From: Balanoglossus misakiensis
Taxonomy: Eukaryota > Animalia > Hemichordata
Assembly: GCA_040954595.2 (NCBI GenBank)
Contig: CM082578.2
Span: 4,074,831-4,138,830, forward strand
Length of the DNA: 64,000 bases
Reading direction: 5' to 3'
This document shows positions 1 to 12,999 of this stretch, one piece after another. The stretch's first letter is position 1; every line of letters starts with the position of its first letter. The position numbers and the translations under genes were made by a program. The notes below the pieces were generated by a model, which was given only the letters and a program-made list of their open reading frames with translations, was not told where the DNA came from and made no database searches.

Positions 1-700
1 CAGAATATACTGACATTTTGTAAAGCTTCATAAAATGCACGACGTCAATCGAGGTCTGCCTCCACGAGAGCGAGGATGATTACTGTACACGGCAGTGGTA
101 CTTCTATCTTCCGGGCCCAGCTTACAAGCAGCCCAGTGTTCTGATCTGCGCGCGATCTACACTGCCTGGGAATACCTGTTCTCGTACGCTAAGCAAAGAA
201 CCATCTTCAGTTTTCCTCTCAGTCGATTATAATTTCTTTCCGTCCGAACACAGAATATACTGACATTTTGTAAAGCTTCATAAAATGTACGTCAATCGAG
301 GTCTGCCTCCACGAGAGCGAGGATGTTTACTGTACACGGCAGTTGTACTTTTATCTTCCGGGCCCAGCTTACAAACAGCCCGGTGTTCTGTGCGCGATCT
401 GCACTACCTGGGAATACTTTTTCTCGTACACAAATCCAAAGAACCATCTTCAGTTTTCCTTTTAGTCGATTATAATTTCTTTCCGTCCGAACACAGAATA
501 TACTGACATTTTGTAAAGCTTCATAAAATGTATGTCAATCGAGGTCTGCCTCCACGAGAGCGAGGATGATTACTGTACACGGCAGTTGTACTTCTATCTT
601 CCGGGCCCAGATTACAAGCTGCCTGGTGTTCTGCGCGCGATCTACACTGCCTGGGAATACCTTTTCTCGTACGCTAAGCGAAAGAACTATCTTCGTTGTA
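1..700. repeat. Tandem repeat, ~245 bp unit, ~3 copies (continues off the left edge)
   Basis: cagaatatactgacattttgtaaagcttcataaaatg recurs at 1, 251 and 494, and the intervening sequence is near-identical. Confidence 0.9.
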
Positions 701-755
701 GGGAGTTATTTTTCATACCAAACAGTGTAAGAATCCCCAAGTAAGGTTTTAACCA

Positions 756-905
756 GGGACCGTTCAGTTTTTACGGCTGGGGGCGGCAAAATCCAGGGGA
801 GGTCACTTAAAGTTTGATGTCCAAAAGGGGGTCATCTTTTTTTAAATCGTTTAGGGGGAGTCCTCAAAATTGCAGTTTCGCGCCCTTTATTTTACAAACA
901 CATTA
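756..905 (+). mobile_element. Truncated end of a non-autonomous DNA transposon (GGGACCGTTCAG terminus; Harbinger-like MITE family inferred)
   Basis: About 150 bp match the reverse complement of 21735-21932 (gggaccgttcagtttttacggc...ggcaaaatccaggg...gtcacttaaa). Confidence 0.6.
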
Positions 906-1301
906 GAAGATTCTAGGTTTGTCACTTCATTACACCCCATTGCTGACGTTTTCCGATCTCGAACTTGTGACACAGACTTTGGTCGCCGCCATCTTCTCTG
1001 CTGTTAGGACAGAGCACTGCCTTATTGGATTGACTGTTCACTAAACGTCTGTGACCGAGGCTACGGCTGGAACATGGCATGCGTGTGAGACGAGCTACGC
1101 GCTTTAACGCGGGGAACTTCGTGACGAAGTCAAGCGCTGCATTATGAATTCTACTGCCCCAACGAAGTACGTCATCTTCGTCTACGAACAAGTTCAGTTG
1201 TCGGACGATAGGGGCACGTTTACTCAAGTTCAACTAAACAGATTGGACAGTGTCCCTATAATACTGGTATTGTACAGCTTTAACTTGCTCCACTATCAAA
1301 T

Positions 1302-1830
1302 TTGACACAAGCACAGTCTACATTTCCACCAGATGACAACCAGCTGTATCTTTCATTTTCTCATCGTGACTCTCCCTCAGCCCTGTCTTCGATTGAAACC
1401 TGCATTCTCGATATCATGGAATGGATGACCCATAATAAACTCCAGCTCAATGACAGTAAAACCGAAGTGCTTCTGATTCACTCCAAGTTTAACAGCTCAC
1501 CTGATCCTGTTAACAGTGTCAACATTGGTTCCACTTCTGTCACACCAGTTTAATCTGCTCGCAATATTGACATGATCTTCGTACACCTGCAAATCGATCT
1601 ACAGTCACCTTCGCCGAATTGGATCTATACGACGTTACATCACCAACGAGACTTGTCGGAATTTTAGCCAAACTTGACTACTGTAACTCACTCCTGCATG
1701 GTCTCCCGGAAAACACAATCGCCTTATTACACAAATAGCTCTGAACACTACAGCCAGAATAGTCATACAAACCTGGAGACTTTCAAAAGAAAACTGAAAA
1801 CTCATATGTTCAAAAGAGCATACAGTGTGG
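1302..1830 (+). mobile_element. L2/CR1-type LINE 3' fragment (RT C-terminus), nested in the Pao element
   Basis: DDNQLYLSF...WMTHNKLQLNDSKTEVLL followed by degenerate KLDYCNSLLHGLP and FKRKLKTHMFK. Confidence 0.8.
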
Positions 1831-3177
1831 TTTAACCATGAGCGTCATTGGCAAAATTTCTTGTTTTGGATTTTGGCGCTTTATAAACCTTTGTTTGTTT
1901 GTTTGTTTGTTGGTTGGTTGTGATTCTGTTCATTCTTCCGTGCATTATATAGGTAGGTTTCCGCAACCGCGCGATGAATCGGAGAACGTAAGTTGTCACT
2001 CGCAACAACTTATCCAAAGCGTTGAATCGGGAAATATCGACCACAGTAAAATTTCCGAAATCATTGCAATCAATTAGTGGCAGTAACTTCCGCTTCAAGA
2101 AGTAGTGGTGTCCCTGAGTGGATGCGGAATCTCGGAGTTTGCGCCGGGTACATGTCAAGTCCGCTTTGTTCAAGAGAGTGTACCGTGTCGGTTTCGTTTG
2201 GTACGGTTCCGGAATGTAGTGCGCGTGTATCGACCACAGAACTGGGCCATTCATTTGTCGATTTCAATCTGGTAGAAATCACTTGCAGTATGCGCGCGTT
2301 CGGATCAGCTGACTTACAGGGAATACGTGCGGGCCCAGAAAGCAAATAACCAAACTTAGACGATACCGTGGTTGGGCCGTTCGCGCCCGAAATAACATGC
2401 GAGCCAACAAAATTCCAATACTGGTCGGCACCATTAGTACACAGGCCACGATTCATTACTGAAGACTGGATGAGCGAACGGCAAACCCTTCAAGTGACTA
2501 AAATTGTGAATTTCGTGGGTGATGATGTTGGTCAAGTCCGATGATATTTCAGGGGTGATCATTATGTCAATTGTTGGAGTATTCCCGTTTAATTCAAGCT
2601 CCGTTAATTCGGTAAATGGCACGGTGCGAACATTTGAGGATTTGTCCCCGAAAGTAGACGACTTGATGTGTTCATAATGCGTAATTTTTGCAGACATCAT
2701 GGGAGCAAATTTCTCAGTCACGAATGTTTTGTTTGCTCCCACATCAAACAATATGACAGCACGAACGGGGGGATTCTTTTCCGCGGACAACGGAACGAAC
2801 GCGGTCTTGAGTAACACCGGTCCTGGGTTTCGCGGCTTATCGTCCGGAGATGTAGAGATTTTGGTAAAAGCTACGGTGCGTTTGTTGTGTCTGGGCAGAT
2901 GACGCGGTCGGTTGACCCCTTGGTCGGAGTCGTTGCGGTGGCAGCTGTATTATGTTGTAGCGTGGAGTGGTGGCGTTTCTTACAGATTCTGCGGGAGTAT
3001 TTGGATTTACATTCTTCAACTCTGTGTTTACCCAAGCAATTAAAGCAAGGTCCGCCTTTCTTGACAATATCTAGTCTCTGATGTGTATCTGTAATCACGG
3101 TGCAGTTCGATGCGAAATGTGACCCCTGGCAAAATGGAGAGGTCTTAGGCGTGGATCTCGGTTTTTGTTTAGTCCTA

Positions 3178-3965
3178 CGGTGGACGATACCGACACTCCT
3201 CTGCTAACTTAATCTGCTCTGCTAACTATACCTGCTTTGCTGTCGACCTGCTCTGCTATGCTAAGTCTGCTCTGCTGAGTTAATCTGCTCTGCTAACATA
3301 ATCTGCTCAGCTGACTGCTCTACTGTCGACCTGCTCTGCTATGCTAAGTCTGCTCTACCATGGAGGTACTAGTACCCCCATGGCTCTACTGAGTTAACCG
3401 GAAGTACTGGAGTACATTTTATGGATAAGATATTCACATGCTATTTCTATTATCACTTACCGCTTTCTCCGTTCTCCGGCCGTCCAAATCAGTGTCCGAG
3501 TATATAACAACTTCAGCAAGTCCGTGAGACGAGCGTATGTTTGTTCGTAAAAATGTACTCCAGTACTTCCGGTTAACTCAGTAGAGCAGACTTAGCATAG
3601 CAGAGCAGGTCGACAGTAGAGCAGATAGTTAGCAGAGCAGATTATGTTAGCAGAGCAGATTAACTCAGTAGAGCAGACTTAGCATAGCAGAGCAGGTCGA
3701 CAGTAGAGCAGATAGATAGCAGAGCAGATTATGTTAGCAGAGCAGATTAACTCAGCAGAGCAGACTTAGCATAGCAGAGCAGGTCGACAGTAGAGCATAA
3801 TGACTTAGATATAGTTAGCAGAGCAGATATAGTTAGCAGAGCAGATTATGTTAGCAGAGCAGATTAACTCAGCAGAGAGCAGGTCGACAGCAAAGCAGGT
3901 AGTTAGCAGAGCAGATTAAGTTAGCAGAGGAGTGTCGGTATCGTCCACCGTAGTATCGTCCACCG
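3178..3965. mobile_element. Foldback-type element with long modular inverted repeats, inserted at TA in Pao gag
   Basis: cggtggacgataccgacactcctctgctaac... at 3178 is inverted at ~3900-3950. The arms are built of ctgctctgct subrepeats. An inner IR spans 3384-3420/3550-3586. Both flanks are TA, and the terminal 14 bp is duplicated on the right. Confidence 0.8.
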
Positions 3966-5905
3966 TATGATTTTGGGTGAAACGCTGCTGTGAATTCAAC
4001 GGCCGGGTGTACTGAAGTGTCAGCTATTGACATCTCACCTGAATGTTTTCCGGTTTGAAGGACGTGTATCTCGTGAAGAATGGCTTTCCTCAGAGCCGCG
4101 CGCTAGTGTCCATGGAGAATTGCCGTGGTCTCTCGCGATATGTTCTCGTATGTTGGGCGGCAATTTCTCTCGTATCATAGGCACTAAAAGTTCGCCATAA
4201 GTGTTTCCTCCTTGCCCAGCGACTGGAGGCCCCGTACGTGATTTTAGATACAGTCGTAAAAGTCGTTCAAACTTTGTGCATCTCCGTTTGGTTTCTGTAG
4301 ATTCCATAACGCGGTCATGTGAGCGTCAACTATGGTATGGTTTTGTCCGTACCTTTCTTTGAGCATTTCAGTCGCGTGTGAGTAGTTAGCCTCGGTGAGC
4401 GACAGTCCGCCAACGGCTCTCGCTGCTTCGTCTTTCAGCACACTTCTCAGATAGGTAAACTTCTGAATGTTATCTAAATGGATGTCCGAATCGATCGAGG
4501 ACTTGAAAACTTCGAAGAAAGATGGCCACTCTATCACATTTCCAGAGACAGTTTGTAGCTGGAGTTTCGGCAATGTTACAGTCTTTTGCTGGGCGGGAGC
4601 GTTTGGGTTGACGACGACTGGATTGGCTGTGTTTTGCATAGGAGCGGATGTTTCTAGTTTCATTCGATTTCTCCTCATAAATGTTGTGATGCGATGGATT
4701 CGATCAAAAATTGATGCTTGGTAATCACCAGAAGTTTCGTTTTCTTCATCAAATTGAGCATCGTCTGTCAACTCTAGTATTTTGATTTCAAGATCGGAGA
4801 GAAGTCGATACTTGCTTGAAAGTTGATTGCCAGGCCCCTCTAGTGTGTCGAGTGTATCTGCTTTTTCGATACTTTCGTCTTCAAAATTGTTCAGGAAAGT
4901 TTCAGCTCGGTTGAGTAGTCGAGTCAATTGTCCACGTTGACCACGATGTGATCTCCTGAGCTTCAACAATGGTGCGGCTGCATGATTGATCCTCAGTATG
5001 TCCCTCTGCCTTGGCGTTTGATTCCTCTTCCGTTGTGTTGGCTTCGAGTGTATCCTGGTCTCGGCGCCAAAAAATGTGGGGGATTTATTAGGTAGGCCGT
5101 GGACTCCCTCGCGTATGGTTCTTTTAAAATCCACTGGAACAGACAACAAATTGGTGTCGTATAAACCAAAAGATTCGGTTTATTGTGTCGACACGTTCAA
5201 CAGAGAACAGAACGACACGTGCAAGGACGCTTACAAGTCTTGTCAGCTACAAGCCTATTCGAAAAACTAACGGCTCCTTCTACCCCCACCCCCAAAACTT
5301 GCAATTTGTGTATGCAAATATAGTTTGAGCGGGAAAAACACTCAGCAGTGATTGGGTGAAAGTGATAACGGCCAGAACAACATACCTCCTCAGAATCAAA
5401 ACAAGAACATGAAACTCATTTCTCTAAAATGTGTGTATTTTTGCGTTTTCTTATCCCAAAGGTTACACTATGCTGCTAAAAATCACTACCTTTGCACTTC
5501 TGGTATTTTGTCAAGTTTGAGTTTTATGTTTTGGTAACTAACTTTACCTGCTATATCGTCTGAATTACGAAGCGCAATTTGAGCATGATACTTTACAGCT
5601 AACGCTCATTGCAGTATCATTCCAACATGTGCCTTACAGCATAATACACATAGGATGTAGGACATTTATCGGACCCATGCCCATACAAAATTCGACTTTT
5701 AATATTCAACGATTTTTAGAAAATAAAGGCAGGGTATGGCTGCACGGTTAACGATTTTTTCGATAATGCAAACTTTGCAGGTTGGTCATGAGGCCATTCT
5801 GTAGCGATCATTATACACCGTATGATGATCACTAAAGACACTGTACAGTAATCATTGTAGACATCGTAAACTTCAATAAGCATTGATCAGCGAATCTTTA
5901 TACAG

Positions 5906-8900
5906 GTATCGCTCAGGTAAATGTGAATGGTTCACTGAAGACTGTAGTAAACCACTGTTTTTAATTTGCGAGGATAACGGTAAGTATATTCAGACAGTCC
6001 TTTCCAACACAATTGACCACCTGTGTAATTATGTGGTGTGTATACATTCAACATATTCCATTATACATGGAACGTAAATAAAATGCATACGCATGGTAAA
6101 TACATTTATCCGCGTGGAAGGGAGTCACATTGGAAATATCAAAATGAATCACGGACCATTATTTGTTGCTTTTGGTAAATGGATAATTCAAACATCTTTG
6201 ACCCAATTTATGGAAATTCGGTATATTGTCATGCAAACATACATTTCCCTGGGGAGATTATGTTTCAATACATTTGTTGTATTTCATAGAAATTTGGCAT
6301 TGAATGGCAAACATGTCTCTTGAGAGAACGTGTAATATATTCCTGTGCTACTTTAAGTCATGAGTGCATTCGCACTTTTAGAAATTCAATTTATATGCAT
6401 TTTACATTTGCAACATTCAGATGATGACTTACTTCTGCTGCGGGAGAGATTGGTCAAGATAAGTGCCGATGAATTCAGAACAGCAGATGGGGTAAGAAAG
6501 GTGTCAAACATTTGAGACTGATGTAGTTCACTGTATTGTATAAAGCCACGGGTTAGTGAAATGCACTTAAACGTACTATTTTGTTGACATCTAAAGCTAC
6601 ATACTAAATGATTCCATATAAAGCCACGTACTAAATTATTGTCTTCTCTTTTCCAGGGTATTAGTGTAATTGACAAGTTGGACACGTTAACCTCTGACCT
6701 TTCGAAGGAAAGTGTTATATTTGAAGGAACAATTCTGTTTGCAAAAGGTATTGTTATATGTTGTTGTTTTAACCAAGATGATTATGTGACATCGGTTTCC
6801 ATCACAACACCGTCCGCATTCAATATCATCCAATGATGTAAATAGGATACTCGTATCAGACGCAGAAAAAATAGCACCTTGCAATTATTGAGCGCATCGA
6901 AAATGCGTTCATTGGTTTCCACAAATCATGCAAATTATCGGTGACCGTCAGATACCTTACATGTAGCTAAGAGAAACTTTTAGAATTGGACGGGTCCAAC
7001 TGTTGAATGATACGCTGAATTCGAAGTGGGAAGATAGGTCTCCATTATCTCTTCAAAATTTTCCCCTCATCATTTTCCCCCAATGGTTACAAGAAATGAA
7101 ACTCACTTCAGATTTTTCGGGCATTGGTGTAAAGCCGAGACTGACAGTCAGACAGAGTAAAAAACCTTTTAATGCCAATGATTACACATTTCAGAAACAC
7201 TGAATGTCATGCAAAAAGTGATTGACAGAATGCAGAACCTAATTGACACCAATCCGAGCGAGAAGCTGAATCCTGGGCAGGCAAACCACATGACAAAGAT
7301 AACAACGAAAGTATTCGACCAGTTATCAATGTTTATACTGAACAAGGCGAATTATGGGCACGGACCAATCATCGTGAACACTTCTTCTCTTGTGCTGCAT
7401 CTGGAAAAGAACTTTGTGCAGGACTTGTGCGACACCAATGTAATGATTGGAGATGGAAGTGGATTCAATATTCCACCAGTAGACAGTATGTTTCCACAAT
7501 TGCCGCGGGACTCAGTCTTGAACAGGATGGTTTGTATACAAGTCGATAATCAGAAGACAATCTCACTTTCGTTTTCTATCGTACATTGCTCTATTCTTTT
7601 ATATTGATATTTGTCTAACTGTTGATCTTTAGGCCAGTCAAGTCATTATGGGAATGAATTATACGCTGATATTTGCATCGAGTTAGTGCATCTGTTGTCA
7701 TATTTTACAAAATAAGTCCATAAACATTTTTAATTATGATCTTTGGTTTAATGTACGATTGCGTTGTTGTCACAATGCATTCAGATGCTCGAGGAATATT
7801 TTTTTGTAGATTTTCCGTTTTGGTGGGAACCCCCACGGATTGGCAAACAAGACACATGGCTTCACTACCGATATACTGTCCCTGGAATTCAGAGATGAAG
7901 ATGGTAATGAGATAAAAGGTTGGTTTTCATTAACGCCATCAGTGGCGTCCTAACATTCGCATGGAACTCTCAAAAATACTTAGAAATCTTTGGAAATGAC
8001 GTGCATTTCGGTTATAGATTGGGCTTGGGCATCAGCAGTGTCATAATGAAATACTTAATATTGTGGATATAATCAGTTACGGAGAAATACATCATTTTAC
8101 TAGTTAATGTGGCACCATTAAAACTAGATTGAAATGGCTCATATCTTTTTTAACAACTGTACACAGAAAGCCAGCGATGTATTAGTATAACAATGCTCGC
8201 TCATATTTTCATCGTGCGGGCGGAACTCGAGTAATGGCCCAATTGTGAGTTTAGTGTTGACATCAGTTTGAATTATCACAGAATATTTTCATTTTCAGTG
8301 AAAAATGCATCAGAGGATCTCGGCGTATGGCTTGGTAATTTTCAGACACCTATAAATGAAAGCACCGTCTCCGGATTGTACGTGGACAGTGAATCAGTCA
8401 CCCACTATGCATTGGCAGTAACGGTAAACCTCAAACACTATATACAACTAAGCGACTTTTGCATGTTAGCAACTCTACTCTTTGAAAGTACCATCAAACA
8501 ACCCATCTTGGAGTGATGCTCAGCCCCCCCCCCCGGGGGGGGGGGTAAAGCCCTATGTAAAAGCGCACAAATCATAACCATGGGGATTTATTTCTTAGCA
8601 TGCAGCATGAACCATGCAATCACCATCCTCTCTGTCATCATGATCCCAGATGTGATGCCCAATGACACAACACGTGAATGTAACTCGCAAAACCAAACAC
8701 AGCCAAGGTTTACCTCAAAAAGTTCATTTGTGCCAATTGTTGAGTTCATTTTGTATTGATCTCTTATCGTTGTAGGCACTATCAAGGTTCTTTGCAATGC
8801 AAATCACCATGGAAACATCAGCGCCTGTCTTCGAGACTACTACAGCATACGTGTCACTGGAAAGACCTGACGCTGTCGGTGGCAACGTTGGTTTCCATTA

Positions 8901-9958
8901 TGTAACTGACTTGGTATTTGCAGGGTGTACATCATCCATATTTCTACCTGAAGCAAATATCACCAGGACGGGCTTGTATTACATAGTCTTTGACCTTACC
9001 AGTGGTAAGATTGTGGAATATTTTCATGATTAATGCAACTATTGTACAATGATCCTTGATTAAAATATATATAGTTTTTCTTACCTTTTTGGCTGTTCAT
9101 GTTACTGTTAATTTCAAAAATCAACATGCATATGTAGAAAGTTATGCTACAATCTTGCGGTTGTAATATAGAGCTGCCATTTGTTTTTTAATTTTACTAT
9201 TCAACTTAGACCGGTCCATCTAAATATGCTTACCAATTTATACATTTACATCTTGTTGATGCCAGATTATGACTGTATGTTGCAATTTGAACAAGCGATA
9301 ACGGCCGCTGAACCCGTTCAATCATCCTGCATACACAAGTGTACACAAAACACATGGTATGCGTCCTGTATTTCTTTTGCCATTAGCAATATCAGTAAAA
9401 AAAATGTTAATGAATGTCATTGTCTGGGTGCACACTACCAGTTGATTTTATATGGAATCGGTTAATGTAACTGTTCTGTATTTCTTTTTCTCTGCAGCCC
9501 ATGGGATTGACATCAAGGTTCTCACTACTCAACACAGATGTAGCTACTTTGATGAGAATAATTGGCAGAATGATGGTTGTAAGGTATGCAACTTGATTAA
9601 TATCTTCTAAATGTTGCAAACAAATTGAAATGCTCCATGTACTTCCAAGTGATGAAACTAAAGACAAGTGGCAATCAGTGTGATTTTAGGGGATACTAAT
9701 CATAAATATGCAGCAGAACTAAAACTGCAGAAGGTGATGCACCTTCCGATTAATGTCTACAAGTTCTATTTAAAGTAACGCTGGGACGTGAACCAGGTGT
9801 TTGATCTTGTTTTAATTGCAAAGAAACACCCACTGATGTGTCAATACGTATTTTCTCTGCTTGATATCGTGCAGGTGTCACCAAGATCCAACTTCAATTC
9901 TACCCTGTGTCTGTGTAATCACCTGACTGTTTTCAGTGCAATGGTCGGAGTTGTTTAA
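5906..9958 (+). CDS. 3' part of a C-type lectin + GAIN/GPS domain protein (PKD1-like/REJ family), ending right after the GPS
   Basis: GT-AG exons 5906-5979, 6421-6491, 6657-6747, 7195-7529, 7810-7918, 8299-8423, 8776-9004, 9498-9583 and 9875-9958 splice in frame. CTL end WFTEDCSKPLFLICE, GAIN-like GNP...ILSLEFRDEDGNEIKVKN, GPS CSYFDENNWQNDGCKV...TLCLCNHL|TVFS, then stop TAA at 9956-9958. Confidence 0.8.
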
Positions 9959-11244
9959 TCTGATGGACGATTCCACGTTTAGCACAGGGGCGTCCGTTTG
10001 GTCTACAGAAGTGACTAATCAGCTGATGCGACGAGTTCCAAACAAATGATGTACCATTCAACATGATTTCGTTTTTTCTTCTCAGATTTATTTTAGACTT
10101 TATGAAGCAAAAGATGTTCATATAAGCGTTTTGGAAATCGATTTTTCTTGATAATGCATTAAATGTAAAAATCATAGATTAGTTAGAGGTGCCCATAACT
10201 TTTCCGAAAGACAAGCGTTCCGTTGAGAATTTGATATGTCTTTAATAAGAATGCATTTTGTAAATTGGTTGCATGCGTCTATGATTGAGTTTGTTCATAA
10301 AAGACATGTACGATGTAATTTATTAATTTCTTTGTAATCTGTCGGGATATGATATCTATCCATGTATACATGTATACATTGATCAATATTTCTGTTTTGT
10401 AAAAAACAGTACTGTCACTTGCCATTTTAATAATCCGTAATTGTACTAGTCATTAATTGGTGGACTTATAGTATTCTGAAACTTTAAAACAAATTGTATG
10501 TGTTTGTCTTGGATTGCTCTGGATTATTCTGGTTGACATTAAAGCGTACGCTTACTGTTCACTATGTTTGTGTTGCGCTTTATTTTCCACGAATCAAATT
10601 ATATTTAATTGATGAAGCCCTCTTCCGCCATTTCCATCCCTTTTGGGGGCACAAAACAACCGTGCAAGTTGTGCATAGTTTTTTTCCTGAATAACTGAAA
10701 TCAAACGTAAGAAATATGCAAAATCAACTGAACTGAACTTTTCCTTTGAGAAGAAATAAACCACAGAAATCACAGTAATCATGACCATCACTAAAAACTA
10801 CTTATACCATTGTTTGTAAATGTATCCCAATATTGACCACGAAAAGTGTTAACGAACAATAACAGGTAAAGAAAACGATTCATGTTCCCTCTGTATCTTG
10901 GTTAGAATTCTGAACCAAATCATCTCTTCAGTATGTGATGAGAAATTCCTGATGTGTGTAAGCTTTGATATAAAGTCTACTGAATCACGTGTTTCATTTA
11001 CAAATACCATTCAGAACAGTGTACCTTATTCATTGGTGCATAAGGCCAAGGAATTACACTATCCAAGTGTTCTAGTGGATGAGGTCAAGGTGGGCAATGG
11101 AACCTTTTTCATACAATTTAGCATTTTCCAAAAGTGGCGGCCATATTCCTTAGCGGCAAAGCTTCGTTATTTATCTGGTTAAAACGTTTCTGGGTAGATT
11201 TTGCAGATACTTTCTGACCATATGTGCTGTGTTGAATTCATAAG

Positions 11245-11428
11245 TGTTGTGATTGCCGATGTCTCACCTTAGTGGGTAAAGGATACTAATCAAAGGTTTC
11301 TAAGGGTCTCTTGGAGGTCAGTAAAAGGCGTGCTGCTTGGTCTCTGCTCTAAGGTGGAAGAGGTAGAATAAACTATTTCCGCCCAAGGGGTGGGTAGGGT
11401 CAGTGACGTCATGTGCAGATCCACAACA
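11245..11428 (-). repeat. 3' LTR
   Basis: Direct repeat of 15877-16060 with TGTTGTG...CACAACA termini. Confidence 0.95.
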
Positions 11429-11699
11429 CTCATCCCCACCATATTTTGAAGGGCTTCGTCTTCTTCCCCCAAAACACCGGGGGATAACACAACATAGAAC
11501 ACAGCGATAACAAAATAGAAAAATAGAATGTCCAGCTGGGCTTTACTGGGTATGCCCCACTGGTCGGCCTGTTTGTTTCATTTCCCCTTTTTGACAAAAA
11601 TTTCCTCCAGTTGGGCTTTACAGGATATGCCCCACTAGTCGTTTGCTGAATACAAATTCCCTCTGGATCCAAATTCCCCAGTTACTTCCCGTCCTTCCC

Positions 11700-12140
11700 C
11701 TATACATGTATTTGGCCTTTCGGGCAAAACCCCTGGTACCCCCATCCCCAAAAATAGGCTCCCAAAATCCCCACCAACATCAGGGCCAGGGCATGGACAT
11801 CACTGGCGGGTGGATCCTTCCTCGCGCCTCTGATGTGGAGTATTACTGGCTTATCTTCTGGTGCCTCTTCCAACAGCTGTCGGAGGGCTTCCTCCTGTTG
11901 GCCCCATTCGTGGACGGGCACGGTTCTGTCAAGGCCTATCTCGCCCATGGCCGCTACCAGGGGATGAGTTACCAGTCCACGAATCTGCTGCATCAGCTCC
12001 CTTGTCAGTTTCTTTACCTTTTTGGGGTGAAGCCCGACCGCCACTTTCCACCCCTGCTCCCTAAGCAGGAAGTGGTGACACCTTCGCTTCGGTGAGCCTG
12101 GGCTCTCATGTGGTCCGAGTGGAAGTGGGTATCTATAGCC
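11700..12140 (-). pseudogene. TatD DNase-like domain (N-terminal two thirds, frameshifted) inside the LTR element
   Basis: Motifs in TatD order: AIDTHFHSD (12108-12140), AVGLHP (~12024-12040), AAMGEIGLD (~11928-11950), QEEALRQLL..PVILHIRGA (~11825-11900). The C-terminal HCF/ETD motifs were not found. Confidence 0.8.
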
Positions 12141-12999
12141 TGGGATAGCCCCCTGGCTGGTGATGCTGCACTTGGTCGTCTCATTTCTGGGCTTCCGGCG
12201 CTTGCTTGGGGCTGTTTCCCTCGGGGCCAATTCTTGATGGTTTCTCTCTCCGCCGGCGACAGGTCCACCAGGAGCGTGAGGAGCACCCTCCAGTGAGTCA
12301 ACACCGCTGGTGTGCTGGGTGGCGACAAACGTATCTTCTGGGGCACTTCCCACTCCATTCGGTGGCACACTCTTCTCATCACTTCCTCACCCTCCGGGAG
12401 AATCTTCGCTGTCACCGGAAGACGCCCGAGGCCATGCGTTAGAAAGTAGTGGAATAGGGCGACGATGGGCTGCTCCGCCCCCACAAGAAACTGGGTTAGG
12501 CCCCAGCAAACCGACTATGGCATCCAGGTCGATATTGCGGGTGCCTCCCCGCATGTAGGGGGGTAAATGGCATTTATACACGTGTTCCTTCAGCCATTTG
12601 GATGAATGCCCGCAATCCGGGATGGGGCAAGTTGACTCTTTCCCCGGAATTGGGCAGAAGGACGTTTTCTCGCGGGGCTGTGTCATGGTGCCGCTGCTGA
12701 TTTCTTTCCAGATGGGGGCCCTTCCACTGTCCCCGAGAGGTCAGGTGGCCTCTCTGGGCTTGCTTTCTCAGGTGGCCTCCCCTGCTCATCCTCTGGCGGC
12801 CTTTCCTCTACCCTCTCCACCGATGCTGACTCCACTCGAGGGCGGGATCCCGCGGATTTCCAGCGCCTGCTCGAACGGCTTCTCCTCCTCCTCCTGCGCC
12901 TGATGGTGGCTGTCGAGGACGCAGTGCGAGTTGGGTTTGGTAGATGTCCCGCTGGCCTTAGGATCAGTCCTCTGGACAATGTAACCTTTGCCACTTTCC

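Larger units (their letters stand above)
1110..5382 (-). mobile_element. Degenerate BEL/Pao LTR retrotransposon (gag, zinc knuckles, protease, pol fragments, one LTR) with nested insertions
   Basis: Pao gag-like LPKLQLQT...EWPSFFEVF...KFTYLRS...LKERYG (ORF 4244-5149). Zinc knuckles CFNCLGKHRVEEC..ICKKRHH (2871-3098). Protease LFDVGANKTFVT and SKFGYLLSGP (2070-2817). Pol fragments KLLRVTTYVLRFI and LNLFVDEDDVLRWGSRI. PBS-like TGGCGCCGAGACCAGGA at 5069-5053 abuts a putative LTR, TG...CA at 5075-5382. Confidence 0.85.

Noticed and set aside
1-744. Short ORFs in the 245 bp tandem repeat
   Set aside because: Frames are not conserved between copies and there is no domain similarity.
8524-8546. Poly-C/poly-G mini-hairpin
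   Set aside because: Short homopolymer runs in an intron, with no evidence of function.
8599-9356. Additional exon candidates in the GAIN gene (8599-8672, 9266-9356)
   Set aside because: Their phases are incompatible with the neighbouring exons, and the frame is complete without them.
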